Positions 1 to 13,230 of a stretch of 64,000 bases of DNA are shown here, in pieces. Source of the DNA: Octopus bimaculoides (taxonomy: Eukaryota); assembly GCF_001194135.2 (NCBI RefSeq), contig NC_068989.1, positions 28,843,147 to 28,907,146 of the forward strand, read 5' to 3'. A program made the translations under genes and the position numbers. The notes beneath the pieces were generated by a model. That model searched no databases. It was not told where the DNA came from and saw nothing but the letters and a program-made list of their open reading frames with translations. Positions within the stretch are counted from its first letter, which is position 1. Every line of letters begins with the position of its first letter.

Positions 1-660
1 ATACTTTTGACAAAGAATATTAGGATAAATTCTCTAAAATATCTTGTTCATTGTTAAATACTAATTGGATGGTTTGGGAATGTTTTCTAGTCTACTTGAA
101 GATTTTGTAGATTAGAGTGCTCTCTGATAATTTAGATAAGATAACCAAACTTGATCCCTGAGAGAAAATAAAAACCATTATTGCTCGGAGGAGATGTGCT
201 TTGTAATCATAAAGTTTTGAGTTTGGTCCCTTTCTGTGGCACCTTGAGTAATTATCTTCTACTCAGGTTAGCCTAAACCTTATTAAGCAAAACTGAGTTG
301 ATGGAAACTGTACTGAAGAACATTAGCTGTACTGTGCCTACATGCTCTTGTGTTGAATGGCAGACTTAATCCATTCCATGGTTTAACATCATTACAAGGC
401 CTATAGTTGCTTTTAGTAGAGTCTATCCTATTTTAAGCACTTAGATATATCTTTACGCACTGCTTCCCACTGATGTAATCAATGTATACTGCTATCTTTC
501 TCCCTTTCAGATGTTTTGCAAAGGTAATGGATACCACACTTTCTCTTCTGCTTAAGTTATACTGCATACATTTTAGCAATTACTTGCCCCCCCAAAAAGG
601 TGGGTAAGAGACATCAATAAAATAAGCACTATTTGAATGTAGAGTGATCAATGTATGGAG

Positions 661-1347
661 CAGTGGCAGCTCATGTATAGGAGCTGTGAAACTGCAGCAC
701 CCCTATTTCCATTTGATATTATTGATAACATTCAATATAATGAGTCCTTTTTTCATTCTTTCTTTATGCTTGTACATTATATAATCCTTAAGCTTAATGT
801 TAGTAGCCATCCCTTAGTTTATGAAAAAAATACAAAAATCCTTGTATAGAACTGTGCACTTCACAATTCCAGCACTGCAGTGTTTGGCTGTTGTGCACAT
901 GCTCACATGTCCGTGATAGGAAGCTTCACACTAGGGAGAGAGAGCACTGCATGAACAACAGTGCCAGGTGAAAAGTAGTGTTTCTTTTTGACTCTGAGTG
1001 TGTTGTGCTTAAAAATGTGTTTATATTCTCGAATGTGATAAAGTGTAGAATTAGATTATTATCCTGCTTCCAGCTTCAGTGTTGCTGCCAGGATTTGAAA
1101 AATGGGGCACATTTCCCCACCTTATTTTGTGATTTAATGGGGATTTTTGAAAAACAAGGGGGAATTCATGGCGGTCTTCAGTGAACAAATTAAACACACT
1201 ACCCAGCAGTGGGCTAAAACATGAACTGATCAAGTTTATGTATAAATTTTCTTTTTATATGTTTGTTTTCTTTTACACAATATTAAAACAATGGCTAAAA
1301 ATTTTCTGAAGCAGCACCCCACTAATTTTATCTATGAGCTGCCACTG
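661..1347. mobile_element. Non-autonomous hAT-superfamily DNA transposon with intact ends
   Basis: Perfect 14-bp TIRs CAGTGGCAGCTCAT (661-674) / ATGAGCTGCCACTG (1334-1347). Perfect 8-bp target-site duplication GTATGGAG at 653-660 and 1348-1355; an 8-bp TSD is the hAT hallmark. Confidence 0.9.
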
Positions 1348-2074
1348 GTATGGAGTGATGACTTCCTTTGCACTGTGTAACCTAAGTGCTGATGTGTTTA
1401 GCCCTTACACTTGTTGATCTGATTGACAAGAATGAGACAAGTCTGCATTAAATTGACTTTTTAATATATTGATATTACAAAGATATATAAGACTCAGGTA
1501 TAAATGTGTGATTCAGATGTTTGCTTTGCAACCAGTTGGTTTTGGCTTCCAATTTGCGATATCTTGGGTAAGTGTCTTCTACTATATCCTCAAGCTGATC
1601 AATACCTTGTGAGTGAATTTGATAGATAGAAACTGTGCAAGCATACATATGTGTATGTGTGCATGTGCTTCTTACTGTTTAACAATTGGTGTTGGAGTAT
1701 ATGCTCGGAGATAGGATGCAACCTTAGTTTGGGGTTGTCAAAGTAGGTATTTATGTTGACTTACAGATAGGTCACACTATAATCTGGGGAGTTACATACA
1801 TAGACCTTTATAACATAAATATAATTAATATTTGTTAAATATTATCAAATATTCACCTTTATTTCAAAACTTTGCTTACAAGTATTAAAACATTTTTGTG
1901 GCAGTAACTTTATGAAAGTGGTTTAAGTGACAAATCAATTTGATAAAAAAATCAATAAGTATCAACTTGACAAGAAAAACATCTAGAATTACAAACAGAA
2001 CAGAAAAAATTGTTATATAAGAAAAGTGTTTATTAATTTAGATATAGTTATTAAACTTCATCAGGATTGAAACC

Positions 2075-3185
2075 CTAAAATTCTTCTTTGTCATCATTAC
2101 TGTTAAACATTCTTTTCATTTGTTCATCAGTTATTGTGGCCATGTCATAGTAGTCATTCAGCTCATCATCAGTTATGGTATGTTCATCTCTATCTTCATT
2201 CTCTGTTTTTTCTGTACTTGAACCAACCAAACCATCATCCATCACATCGTCTTCAGTGCCATCCATAGCATTTGAGATACCACATTTTTTTAAGGACTTG
2301 CTAATTAGTTGCTCAGGAATACTGTCCCAAGTTTTCTTCTCTCATTCTACTACTAACATCAATCCAGGTCTTTTCAATGACCCACGTTTAGTAAATTCCT
2401 TTTCACCAGATATCATCCAAGATGTGCTCAATTTTCAAATGTAAGTCTTGAAAGGCTTATTTACTAAGACATCAAGTGGTTGCAAAAGAGAAGTGCAACC
2501 ACCAGGAATGACAGCTTGCCTTATTTGGTATTACTTCAACTTAGCCTTCACAAACTCACAGCAACGTGAGTTAAACATGTCCCATACTGGAAGACTTTTG
2601 GTTCTGAGCAAGGCCCCTAGTCTTTTCATCCAACTAAACATTTGTTAAGTTTTCATCTATCCATCCCTTAGGATGTACTTTCACAATAATATCTGGTGGA
2701 AAGGAATCCTTTGGCATATTCTTCCTTTTGAAGATAACCATTGGACAAAGCTTTTTTTCAACAGCTTGACAGGCTAGCACTATAGTGAAATGTTGTTTCT
2801 CATGCCATGTAGTTTTTACTGTAACAGTTTTGTTTCTCACTCTGTCAACAGTAGTGTTTCTTGGCATATCGAAATACATGCTCATTTTACCCATGTTTCC
2901 AATATTTTCTAGGAAGAACTCAAACATTTTATGCTCCTTTAGAACAAACTTTGCAAAATTACAAATAGTTTCATGAATGCCTTTAGGCAGTTTTTGAGTA
3001 ATATAAGTTTTTTGGTGTGGTGTCAATCCACATCTATTCATAAATCTGGTATGCCACCCTGCTGAGAATTAATATTGTGTAAAATGGTACTTTGGGGTAA
3101 ACTGAAGGGCTTCAGTTCTTATTGAAAGTCTGGTTACAATGAGAACATTATTGCACAATGAGGTATCAAGCTTGGTCAGTTTCAT
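2075..3185 (-). mobile_element. Decayed pogo/Tigger-type (DDE_1) transposase fragment
   Basis: ORF 2634-3041 has GW..RFMNRCGL, YFDMPRNTTV, KTTWHEKQHFTIVLAC, PMVIFKRK and HPKGWIDE, typical of pogo DDE_1 transposases. An acidic C-terminal tail lies at 2075-2266. Frameshifted. Confidence 0.85.
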
Positions 3186-6100
3186 AAGGTTGAATTGAGC
3201 CTTTCGACCTGACCATTTCCCACTGGATTGTATGGAGTTGTCCTACTGGCTGCTATGTCTTTATCATGGAGGAATTATCTTAGTTCAGCTGACATGAAGG
3301 CAGTGTCACAATCAGAATAGATAAAAGAAGGGAATCCAAAAATCGAAAATAGTTGGCAGAAACAATGAATGACATTATCTGAATGTGTGAACACAAATAG
3401 AAAGCAAGAAAATTCATTGATAACTGAGAGTAGATATTTGTTGTAATTAATGAATGGGAGTGGATCCTCGAAGTCTACACTTAATCTCTTAAATGGCTGA
3501 GTGGACTTCACAAGTTTAGCAGTCGGTGGCATAAAAATATCTAGGCTTCAGTTTGGTGCATGTGGGACATCAAGACGTCACAGATTTTATGTCGTGTGGA
3601 AAATGGTAGATTCTTTGACCACGTGAAACGGGGCAATTATGTCATACCTGGATGGCACAAGGAATCATGGAGCTGCGTAAGGTCTAAGGAGGTAGAAGAT
3701 ACACAATAACCCCAAGAAAAAGCATCTGCAGTCTTGTTCTCTTTACCTGGCTGATAAACGGCATCATATTTGAAACAAGACAGCTCAATCCTCTATTGTA
3801 GTATCCTGTCTTTCTTGACTTTATCTTTGTGCTTGTTGTTGAACATAACAGCCACAGACCATTGGATGGTCACTAACTGAAAATGAATGCCAATAAGATA
3901 GTGCTTCCATTTATGAAGAGCTTCAATGATAGCATAGGCTTCTTTTTCAACTGAGGAATGGTTCTGTTCACTGCGAGTAAGTGTTCTGGAGAAGAAGGCC
4001 ATGGGTCGTCCATTCTAGTTCAAGGTGGTGGTGATAGCAATATCTGAAGCATCTATCTCTGCAACTAAGGGTACTTGATGATCAATGGTGACTAAAGCAG
4101 TGTCTTTGAGCTCTAACTTGAGGTTTTGGAATGACTGTTTGATAACATCAGGGAGGGGAAAAGTCTTATTGTGCACCAAGGGTGCAATTTTGTCTGAAAA
4201 ATGGGAGATCCAGTGAGAAGAATGAGCAAACATCCTGATGATCCTCTCTTGTGCTTTAGCATCATGAAGAGATGGGAGCTTGCATAAGCAGTGGAAGTTT
4301 GATTACCCCTTTGAACACTTCATAACCCAGGAGTGTGATAGTCTGGGCAGCAACGACTGTTTTCTAATCATTGAAGGTGAGCCCATATGTCTTTAGACTT
4401 GTAGAAATCTTTCACAGTTCTCATCATATCCTCTTCTGTTGTACCTGCATATTATGATGTTGTCAACATAGGTATCCTCGAGTTTTGTTTGTTTGATAAG
4501 ATTATCAATAATATGTTGTAAACAAGTTATATCATTTGTGACTCTGAACAGTATATGACGGAATTGATACAAGTTCCCACATGCTTTGAATGCTGTAAAT
4601 TTTTTCTCATCTTTGCATATAGGAATCTCATGATAAGTACTCTTAAGATCAAAAGTGGTGAATATCTCGTTGTGAGATATTTTCTCAGCCAGTTCATCAC
4701 TGTGTTGTACAGGGTAAGCATTGATTAATTGTCTGTCTAAAATTGATTACCATTCATCTTTTGTGTGATTCATTACTGGTGACTAAAACTTACACCTTCC
4801 ATGGAGAATGAGATGGTTCAATGATTTGTTCTGATAATAGACAACTGACTTCACATGCAACTAATTTCTGATTCGGCAATGAGAGGCGCCTGGATTTAGT
4901 AGCAATAGGTTTGCAATGTTGTGAAAGTGACCCAAATAATGTAAGAGTGTCAACATGAGCTGCAGCCAAGTCACAAAGTGAAAATGAAGGTCTGAGACCC
5001 CCGAAAGCTATGTTTAGATGTTCATGCTATTTCAAAAAATTGTGCCCAGGTAAAACATCTGAGCAAAGCTCAGGTAGAAGTGAATGCTTCAGATTGGGGT
5101 AATCACTGTCATGATAGACCAATTTGGCAAAACAGTAACCTTGTGTAATGCTTTACAAGGCCATTGAAATAGGAGTGTTTCATGGATGGATGCACCAACC
5201 ATGTGAATGTACAATATGAGACGATATGTAACTATTGGAGCTTCCAGTATCAACCAGAGTATTGAGTTTCACTCCATTTATGTACACTTTAACAATGGCA
5301 GAAGACTATGATGCCGGAAGAGCTGCCAAGAATATGGCGGATAATGTGGGATTTGTGTATGAAACAAAGCATTTGTTTGTGTGAGATGATTGACATACTT
5401 GCTGGAAATGACCGACTTTGTTGCAGGCTTTACATGTTGCTTCTTGAGCTGAGTACTTGAAATGTGGGTGTTTGTTATAACCACAGAAAAAGCATTTAGA
5501 TGTGGTGACCACTAAATTGATGCCATATACAGTTTTGTGTTTGGGTTGAGAAAACATGCAGGTTACGTAGCACAGGATTCATTATGGAGAATAACTGAGC
5601 ATCTGTTGTCTCTAGCATCTGTGCTTGGATGAAGGCCTGATCAAGGTCTAAGTTAACTTGTTCCAATAACCATTGGAATCTGTTACTGGAATGCATACCA
5701 CTTATGAAAGTATCTCTTATAGCTTCATGGAAATGTTCAGCAGCCAAAACAGCTTTGTAACCACAATCTTTCACCAGTAATTTGAGTTTCTGGAGGTACT
5801 GATCCAAACTTTGGCCATATTCCTGCTTGCAAGTGTACAGCAGGTGACACTCATACACCACATTCTTCGGTATCACATAAAGTGAGATGAGAATGTTGGG
5901 AGCTCTGTTGTACATGTCACAGGTAACAATATACTTGGGCCTGATATGATTGACAAACAGCTGGAACTTATCTTCTTCCACTGCATTGAGTGATACTAGA
6001 TAGTTAGTGAATGTAAAATACCAATGTTTCCATCGTTTTCTGGGAGTAGGTAAAGCTGGGTCAACATTGAAACATTCTGGGCATAGTGCTTTGTCCATTA

Positions 6101-6343
6101 GAAGGGTAAATTGTAGTAATTCTGTTTATTGAACTGGTGAGATTGTTGAATACAGATGAGTGGAAATGATTGGCCATAAATACGCTTTACTCTTCTAAGA
6201 ACGTGGGTATGGTATCCATCATTAGTTGTTTTAGTCGTGAACTTAGTTGATCAGGAATCAGCCATGTTTAAATATCATTCCAAAGCCTTGTTTTTGACTG
6301 ACTGGCGAGATGATGGAAATAACTGTGAGTAGTAATAATAACA
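3186..6343 (-). mobile_element. Ty3/Gypsy LTR retrotransposon, 5' LTR retained, 3'-truncated and degenerate
   Basis: Order on the minus strand: LTR, gag (5496-6098), CCHC knuckle (CKACNKVGHFQQVC), protease (TLVDTGS ~5245), RT (YVDN ~4465), RNase H (EKEAYAII, 3793-4002), integrase (RLSVDF...YSDCD, TTPYNPVGNGQVER ~3200-3530). PR-RT-RH-IN order indicates Gypsy. Confidence 0.9.
6112..6343 (-). repeat. 5' LTR (232 bp) of the minus-strand Gypsy element
   Basis: Minus strand begins TGTTA at 6343 and ends TACA at 6112. AATAAA lies near the 3' end. The gag ATG is 13 nt downstream. Confidence 0.75.
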
Positions 6344-6446
6344 GTAATTATTACCACACATATATCTACCACACTTCAATCATAAGATATTGATAAATTT
6401 GCCAGATTTAAAGAAAAAAAATGTTAGCGATGTCATGAACATGTTT

Positions 6447-6531
6447 GCTCTCATCAAATCACCAAAATTAAGCAAAGTGAAGCCTAGTTTGTACTTAGGT
6501 CACTTCTAGGGAAATCTAGGTGCTGCAAACA
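6447..6531 (+). pseudogene. 5S rRNA-derived fragment (5S pseudogene or SINE3-like head)
   Basis: GCTCTCATCAAATCACCAAAATTAAGCAAAGTGAAGCCTAGTTTGTACTTAGG...GGGAAATCTAGGTGCTGCAAAC is colinear with the 3' two-thirds of eukaryotic 5S rRNA (box A TAAGCA, box C GTACTTGG). Diverged and 5'-truncated. Confidence 0.65.
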
Positions 6532-6545
6532 TCCTTTATTTGTAA

Positions 6546-6912
6546 ATGGCATAACTATGTGGTTGAGGACAGTCCCATTGTGTAGTGCCTTTCACTATAG
6601 CTCTGGGTCAGCCAAAGCCTTGTGAATGAATTTGGTAGAGAGAAACTAAAAGAAGCCCATAATATATATGTGACTGTGTGTACCTTGTCCTGATATCAGG
6701 TGATGGTTGTAAACAAGCATCATGTTGTACAGGTGTACAGGCAATGTTGTTATTTTCCAGTTTTCTGCTGAAAACATGACTGGCCATCAGAAATATTACC
6801 TTGCTTAGAAACAGATGAAGTTTGGCAATAGAAACCCAGCCATAGAAAATTTACTTCAACGAATTCCGTCTGACCCATGCAAACATGGATAAGTGGATGT
6901 TTTATGATGATG
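6546..6912 (+). mobile_element. Degenerate tRNA-derived SINE with (GAT)n tail
   Basis: Body shared with other copies in the window (AAAGCCTTGTGA..GAATTTGGTAG...GAAGCCC; CTGACCCATGCAAACATGG) and ends in GATGATGATGAT. Confidence 0.6.
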
Positions 6913-8420
6913 ATGATCATGATGTATCATCGCTGAAAACTGGATCAATCCCTTCTTCCAAACACCTGGCAATAATGTCAGTCAATTACACTTTCAGACC
7001 CCAGACATTTCCATTTATTGCATGGTTAAAAAAATGTTTTTCAAATAGTACTTGTTCAGTGAAAGATTTTATCTGAGATTGTGTATTGAAACTGAAACAG
7101 TTATATTGTAATTTAAAATGTAATTCCATCATTATATTCACTTTTTTTTGCTTTATTTTGTAATAGTATCATTCTTATTACATATTAATAAGAGTGAAAG
7201 TAAGGTGGTAAGGTGGAAGGATTGTTAGCTTGTCAAACAAAATTTTTAGAGGCTTTTCTTCTTGTCCTTTATGTTCAAATTCCACTGAGGTTAACTTTGC
7301 TTTTTCTCCTTTCAGAGTTGATAAAATAGGCACCTGTTAGGTACTGCCCTCAAAATTACTAAAATTGTCCCAAAATTAGAATTATTATGTGCGAAAATCT
7401 TTTGTCAGACATCTAAGAGATGGTCACTATGTCAGAATGTGAACAAAACTCTGAAAGTATGGGGTTATCAATTGACCAATATTTATACGCCAGATTGCAT
7501 TTTGTATGTTTTTCTTTCATAATTTATTTTTTATTTAACTCGCTTTGTTAAATATGTAGTGAATCATAAATAAAAACTTTACAGATTGTTCTAAATAAAT
7601 AATAAAATTCCTTTAATACCAGTAATATGATATTTTACAGTCATAAAATATCAGATAAATGGCAAGAATGTTGTGATGTTCATGCTATTCTCAAGTTAAA
7701 CAAAGTAGTCATAGACTGGAACTAAAAGTAGACTGCTAACTTGGGTTACTAAGACTTTATGGCTATAATTCTTGCCAATATCTCTTGGACAAACATTGTT
7801 TCCATAAAATCTGAAATCTATTAAGTATTAGATCTTTAATACATACATGGTTGGCATTAAGAAGGGCATCCAGTTACAGAAACCATGCCAAAGTAGACAT
7901 TGGAGCACAATGTAGTTCTCTGATTCTGTTAAACTGCCCAATTTATATGAAAGATGGATGATAGTAGACAATGATGGTGACATTTTATTATATAATAGGA
8001 TAGTTGATGCAACACAGCCAAACTAAAGACCTGGTTAATATATTCATTAGGTGTTAATTAACAATGACTGGTTTGAACAGTTTGTTTATAACTTAAAGAA
8101 GAGTGGATTTATATTCACCAGTAACAACTAACATCTATACAAAAATCTTCCAGGACAAGACACTGCTGAGTAAATCACTTAAGCACCCAGCAAGGCTTAA
8201 ATAAGATGCCTTCATCTCATGAAAAAGCTGAAAGGACCTCTACATTTTTGTGAATCAAATGAAATTCCTAGGTAAATATGCAATGTTCTTTAGAAATAGG
8301 AATTAACAACTTATTCACGTTTATTAAAAGTTGGTATTTCACTTGTCAATGCATTTACTTTATTTCCTCATATAAAAAAACAGCAACTGATTTTAGCCTT
8401 CTAAACTAATGATATATATA

Positions 8421-9248
8421 CAGGGTGCGATGAATAAATTGTCGTCTAAATTACACAAAAATGAAAATAACACCGATATCTCATTTTAACAGATATATTT
8501 ACCAAAATTATATTAAAATATCTTATTTAATAAAATCACTATTGGCTTCAACTATGGTCTTTAGATGACTTTGGAATCTCCTGCAATTCTTCTGGACAGT
8601 CATATTGTTTAAGCTGGTGAATGCTGTTGTAATCCTTGCCTTCAGTTCATCTTTGGTGTTACAAGGAGTTTTCTTGGTCTCTCGTTCAACTATGCATAGT
8701 AGTCAAGGGGGTTGCAGTCTGGGGAATTAGGTGGCCAGATGTTAGGAGTGATGTGGTCACAGAAATTGTGTGATAGCCATGACTAGGTTCTCCTGCTAGT
8801 GTGGCATGGTGCAGAGTCTTGTTGCCAGACATAGGGTTTTCCAGCAGCTATCTTTGACCCAGGGCAGCACTACCCCCTCCAGGCACTTGATGTAGGCCTC
8901 CATATTGTGTCTGAGGTCATGTGGGAAGATGAATGGAGGCATAACATCGCCGTCACTAGTGATCACTCCAAACACCATGATGTTGATTGCATGCTTGATT
9001 TTTATCACTCTCGGTACATATCCTCGGATTGCACTGTCCTAAGAATGACATCCAAACACTCTGAAATGTTCGTATAGCATGTCGTTTCCAAATTTCTGGC
9101 AGAGTGAATTGCATTATGGTGGTGTTTCTCTCACAGATGGAGCCCAACTGACCCTATTATACTGTGTAGTCAACAAAATCAAAAACAAACAATGCAAACA
9201 TGTGAAACAAAAAATATAAAATGGCGATAATTTACCCATCGTACCCTG
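8421..9248 (-). mobile_element. Internally deleted Tc1/mariner element of the maT (DD37D) type
   Basis: 24-bp imperfect TIRs (CAGGGTGCGATGAATAAATTGTCG / CGATAATTTACCCATCGTACCCTG) with TA on both sides. Minus-strand WQQD SAPCH...WPPNSPDCNPLD has exactly 37 residues between the two D; one in-frame stop. Confidence 0.9.
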
Positions 9249-9398
9249 TATATATATGTGTGTGTTTGTATATATATATATATAGAGGATGGATGTTTTT
9301 GAAATGGCTGTTACTCAGCCCCAGGAGGAGGGACATATGTCTGACAGGTACCATTTGGTCCATGATGTCTTAGCATCTTTTTTCTTTTCAGGTGAAGC

Positions 9399-9720
9399 CA
9401 TGGCACTGTCGACAACAGAGCATTGCAAGTTTGCCTACAACAGTTATATGCAGAATAATGAGTCTGTCACAGCAGTTCAGTGTGAGTTTCAGTATCACTT
9501 CAACATTCACCGAAATCAGGCTGTTCCCACCCATAACACAATTTTATGTAGGGTGACTGCTCTTTGTACACGAGGTACAGACCCTGGAAAATGTGGAACA
9601 CATCAGACAAGCTTTGATACAGAGTTTGAATTGCACTGCTTGGAAGCATTCCACTGAACTTGGCATTGGTAATTGATTGGTAAGGCATATTTTGTAGGAA
9701 GATCTGCATTTCCACCTGTA
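9399..9720 (+). mobile_element. N-terminal HTH fragment of a Tc1/mariner-superfamily transposase (DUF4817-like)
   Basis: MALSTTEHCKFAYNSYMQNNESVTAVQCEFQYHFNIHRNQAVPTHNTI resembles the DUF4817 N-terminus of DD41D-type transposases. No ends found. Confidence 0.6.
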
Positions 9721-9779
9721 CAAATTGGTCATTAACAGAGAGTATGAAAAATTCAAATTAAATGAATTTGCTCAAATGT

Positions 9780-12700
9780 TTAATTTTTGTTCAAGGGTTA
9801 ACTGCAAGAAAAGAACAGGATAAAAAATTAACTCTACAGGCAGTAGCTGAAGAATGCCATAGGATTATAAATTTAAGACATGATGTGGATAAAATTGAAG
9901 AAAAAGATTGAAAAAAAAAAAAATCCGAGTATGCGCTGATTTTTCAATGGATTAAACGAATGTTTGATGCCATATAATTACCTGTTACCAAATGTAGAGG
10001 AAATTTTCATGAAGTTGAATGGAGGAATTTAAAAAAAAAATTGGACCTATCTGAAGCATATTTGCAGGTAAAAGTCAATGAGGAATGTTCAAAATTATTG
10101 ACAATAAATACCCATAAAAGGGTTGTATAAATTTAATCGACTCCCCTTTGGTATAAAGGTAGCACTTGGTATTTTCCAACAAGTTATGGACATTATGCTT
10201 GCAGGTTCGAACTTTGCAGTAGTTTATCTTGACGACATACTCATAAAAAGTGAATCTTGGGATCAGCATACTGAGCATGTTAAAAAGGTCTTCAAAAGAA
10301 TAAAGCTCAGCAAGGAAAAGTGAAAATTTTTTATACCAAGAATAAAATATCTAGGTCAAATTACTGATGAAAATGGATGCAAACCAGACTCGTTTAGGAC
10401 CAGTGCATTAAAAAAAAAGGCCCCCCCTGACAAACATTAAAATGTTACAAGCATTTTTGGGGCTCGCAAATTTCTACCAGGTATACATACCAAATATGAA
10501 CAATTTAAGAGCACCCCTGAATAACTTGTTAAAAAATGATGTTAAGTGGAACTGGTCGGACAAATGCCAAAAAGCTTTTGAAAATATTTAAAATGTCTTA
10601 ACATTGGAATTCTTGTTATCACATTTTGACTTGAATTTAGAAATAGTAGTGGCAGCAGATGCTAGTGAAAGTGGTATTGGAGCTGTGATTTTACACAAAT
10701 ATGAAGATGGTAGCCTGAAAGCAGTAGCTCATATTTCACGTTCATTATTGCTGGCTGAGAAAAGTTACAGTCAAATAGAAAAAGAGGCATTAGCCATAAT
10801 ATTTGCGGAACAAAAATTCCATAAATTTATACATGGAAGAAGGCTCCATCTGCAGACAGACCACCGCTCATTATTGTCAATCTATCGATTAAAAAAGGGT
10901 ATCCCCACACATACAGCCAACAGATTGCAGCACTGGGGAATGATCCTACTGAATTACAACTTCAAAATGGAGTATTTGCCATCAGAAAAATTGGGACATG
11001 CAGATGGTTTGTCAACATTAATACCAAAATACAGTGAACCACTAGAAGACACAGTGATAGCGGTGTTAAAAGCCGAAAATGAAATGAAAAATATATTGCA
11101 TAATGTTGTGTGTGAATTACTTGTGACATTAGAGGAAATAAAAATTAAGGCAGAGACGGACAAGTTTATCATAAAAATGACAAAAATAGTGAGATCAGAA
11201 GAAACAAATAAAAGATACATGTGGCTGGATGTAACACAGTTTCGAATTTGTATTTGATATGTGATAATGTGCTTATGTATGCACAGAAGCCTACCTTACT
11301 ATGTATGCCTACCTCACTTCAAGGTTGAATGTTAAAGGAATTCCACACTGGACATCCAGGAATTTCTAGAACAAAGTTGCTTATGAAGAGTTGTTCACTG
11401 GTCAAAAATGGATCTAGATATTAAGAAGTTGGTAAAATCCTGCAGAGGTTGTGCTCTTGCAGTGAAATCACCACCTATAAAATTTCAACCTTGGCCCAAG
11501 ACCGATATTCCATGGTCCAGACTACACATAGATTTCACAGGACTGTTAAACCAATCATATTATCTAATAGTAGTAGATAGCTTTTCAAAATGGCCAGAAA
11601 TGTGTAAATGTAGAAAACCGACATCCACGGTTACAGTGGAATTTCTACACAAACTTTTTGCTAGGTACGGTGTCCCAGTTACCATAGTCTTTGATAATGG
11701 TACACAATTTACGGTGAATGAATTTAAGAACTTTTGCAAGATGTACTCAACTGAACATAGTTTTAAGACCATTTGCAATGATCTGCTTGAAAAATGTAAA
11801 GCTGAAAACTACAGAAACTTTGCAGATGAATTAATTTGATCATATCAAATGCTAGGTTGTAATATGTCTTTAAAAGTTCATTTTTTACATTCGCATCTTG
11901 ATTTTCCCCGGAGAATGCTGCAGATGTTAGCGATGAGCATAGAGAAAGATTCTATCAAGACATTTGCCAAAATTGGAAATAGATATAAAGGAAAATGGAG
12001 TCCTTCAGTGCTTGTAGATTTCTGCTGGAATCTCCAATGTGATTTTTATATCCTAGATCAACGTTGGATATATAATTTAACTCTTCTGTATCACCCAAGA
12101 TCAAACAGGCAAGCGGAAAGGTTCATGGATACATTTAAAAGAGCATTAAGAAATCAAGAAATGAGCTAATTGATGTCGCAGCATTGACACAATTCCTGAG
12201 GGTTTATAGGACAACACCAAACTCAAACACTTTTTCAGGCAAGCCACCTATGGAATTAATGTTTGCTTAAAAGATAAAGTCAAATTTTGACAAGCTGCTA
12301 CCAGTAAGAAAAACAAATAGGGAAAACACTAAAAATACAACAAAGCATTTTAATATCAGTGACAAGGTGTTTTTCAAAATATATAAAAATAGAAGACAAG
12401 GTTACGAAGATGGAGTAGTAACAAAAAGAAAAGGCAAAATGACATATATGATAAGAAGTAAAAAATGGGAACACAAAAGACATTTAAACCAGCTAAAAAA
12501 TAGATATACAGAAAAAAGAAAATAAATACACATGGAAGTGTTGTATGATACTTTTGATGCCCCAACACCACAAGAAAACGAACCTAGTTGTAGCAGCACA
12601 AGAAAGAGAAAACAAACAGAACAGTTGGAAGCAGTGCCTAAACGGAAGAAATATCAAACTTCCCTAGGAGGAAAATCTTAAAAAGGGAGATGTGATGAAA

Positions 12701-13230
12701 GAAAAATAAATAAATAAAAATAATAATATTAACTTCCAATGGAAGTCAATCTCAAAGGGGGAGATGTGGCAAGAGTCATTGACACCCCTGAGGGATTGGA
12801 GCAATCGTCTAGCTGAACTCTTCTAAAGAGTAGTGTATTGGTTGAGATGACAGGTCAGTAGAGCTTGTAAGAGTTGGTGTGTTAGTTTCGTGTTGAACTC
12901 TCACTGAACCTGATGTGTTAGTGCGAACTGAACTCGCACCGAACCCATAAGCTGCTGTAATGATAGTTGTTCAAATTACTGTGTTGGTCCCGTTGCTAGA
13001 ATGCAGTAGGGGTTTGATTCCCCTGCTCACAATATATCAGATACAGCTGTGCAGTGTTAACCAGCTAGAGAAGATGTCTTCTTGGGGTTAAAAAATTGTA
13101 CTAAAGTCTGTTCGGGCGAAAACAAGAGTGCTTAGTATAATGAAAAACAAGTGTTAACAAGAGTGCTGTGTGCAACAAACAATACTACCTATGAGTCGGG
13201 CAACAATTACGTTAAATTATATATCCAACA
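9780..13230 (+). mobile_element. Ty3/Gypsy LTR retrotransposon, 5'-truncated, with PPT and 3' LTR
   Basis: Short gag remnant ~9800-9910 fused to RT (LPFGIK; YLDD at 10225-10236), RNase H (10604-11257; DAS, EKEALAIIF, TDH), HHCC zinc finger and integrase (11408-12300, interrupted). PPT AAAGGGGGAGA is followed by a TG...CA LTR. Confidence 0.9.
12765..13230 (+). repeat. 3' LTR (about 466 bp) of the plus-strand Gypsy element
   Basis: Starts TG immediately after the polypurine tract at 12754-12764 and ends CCAACA at 13230, where unrelated transposase sequence begins. Confidence 0.65.

Noticed and set aside
511-523. Micro-exon-like pattern TTTCAG|ATGTTTTGCAAAG|GTAATG
   Set aside because: It is 13 nt with no partner exons or recognisable gene on this strand upstream of the promoter candidate; plausible by chance.
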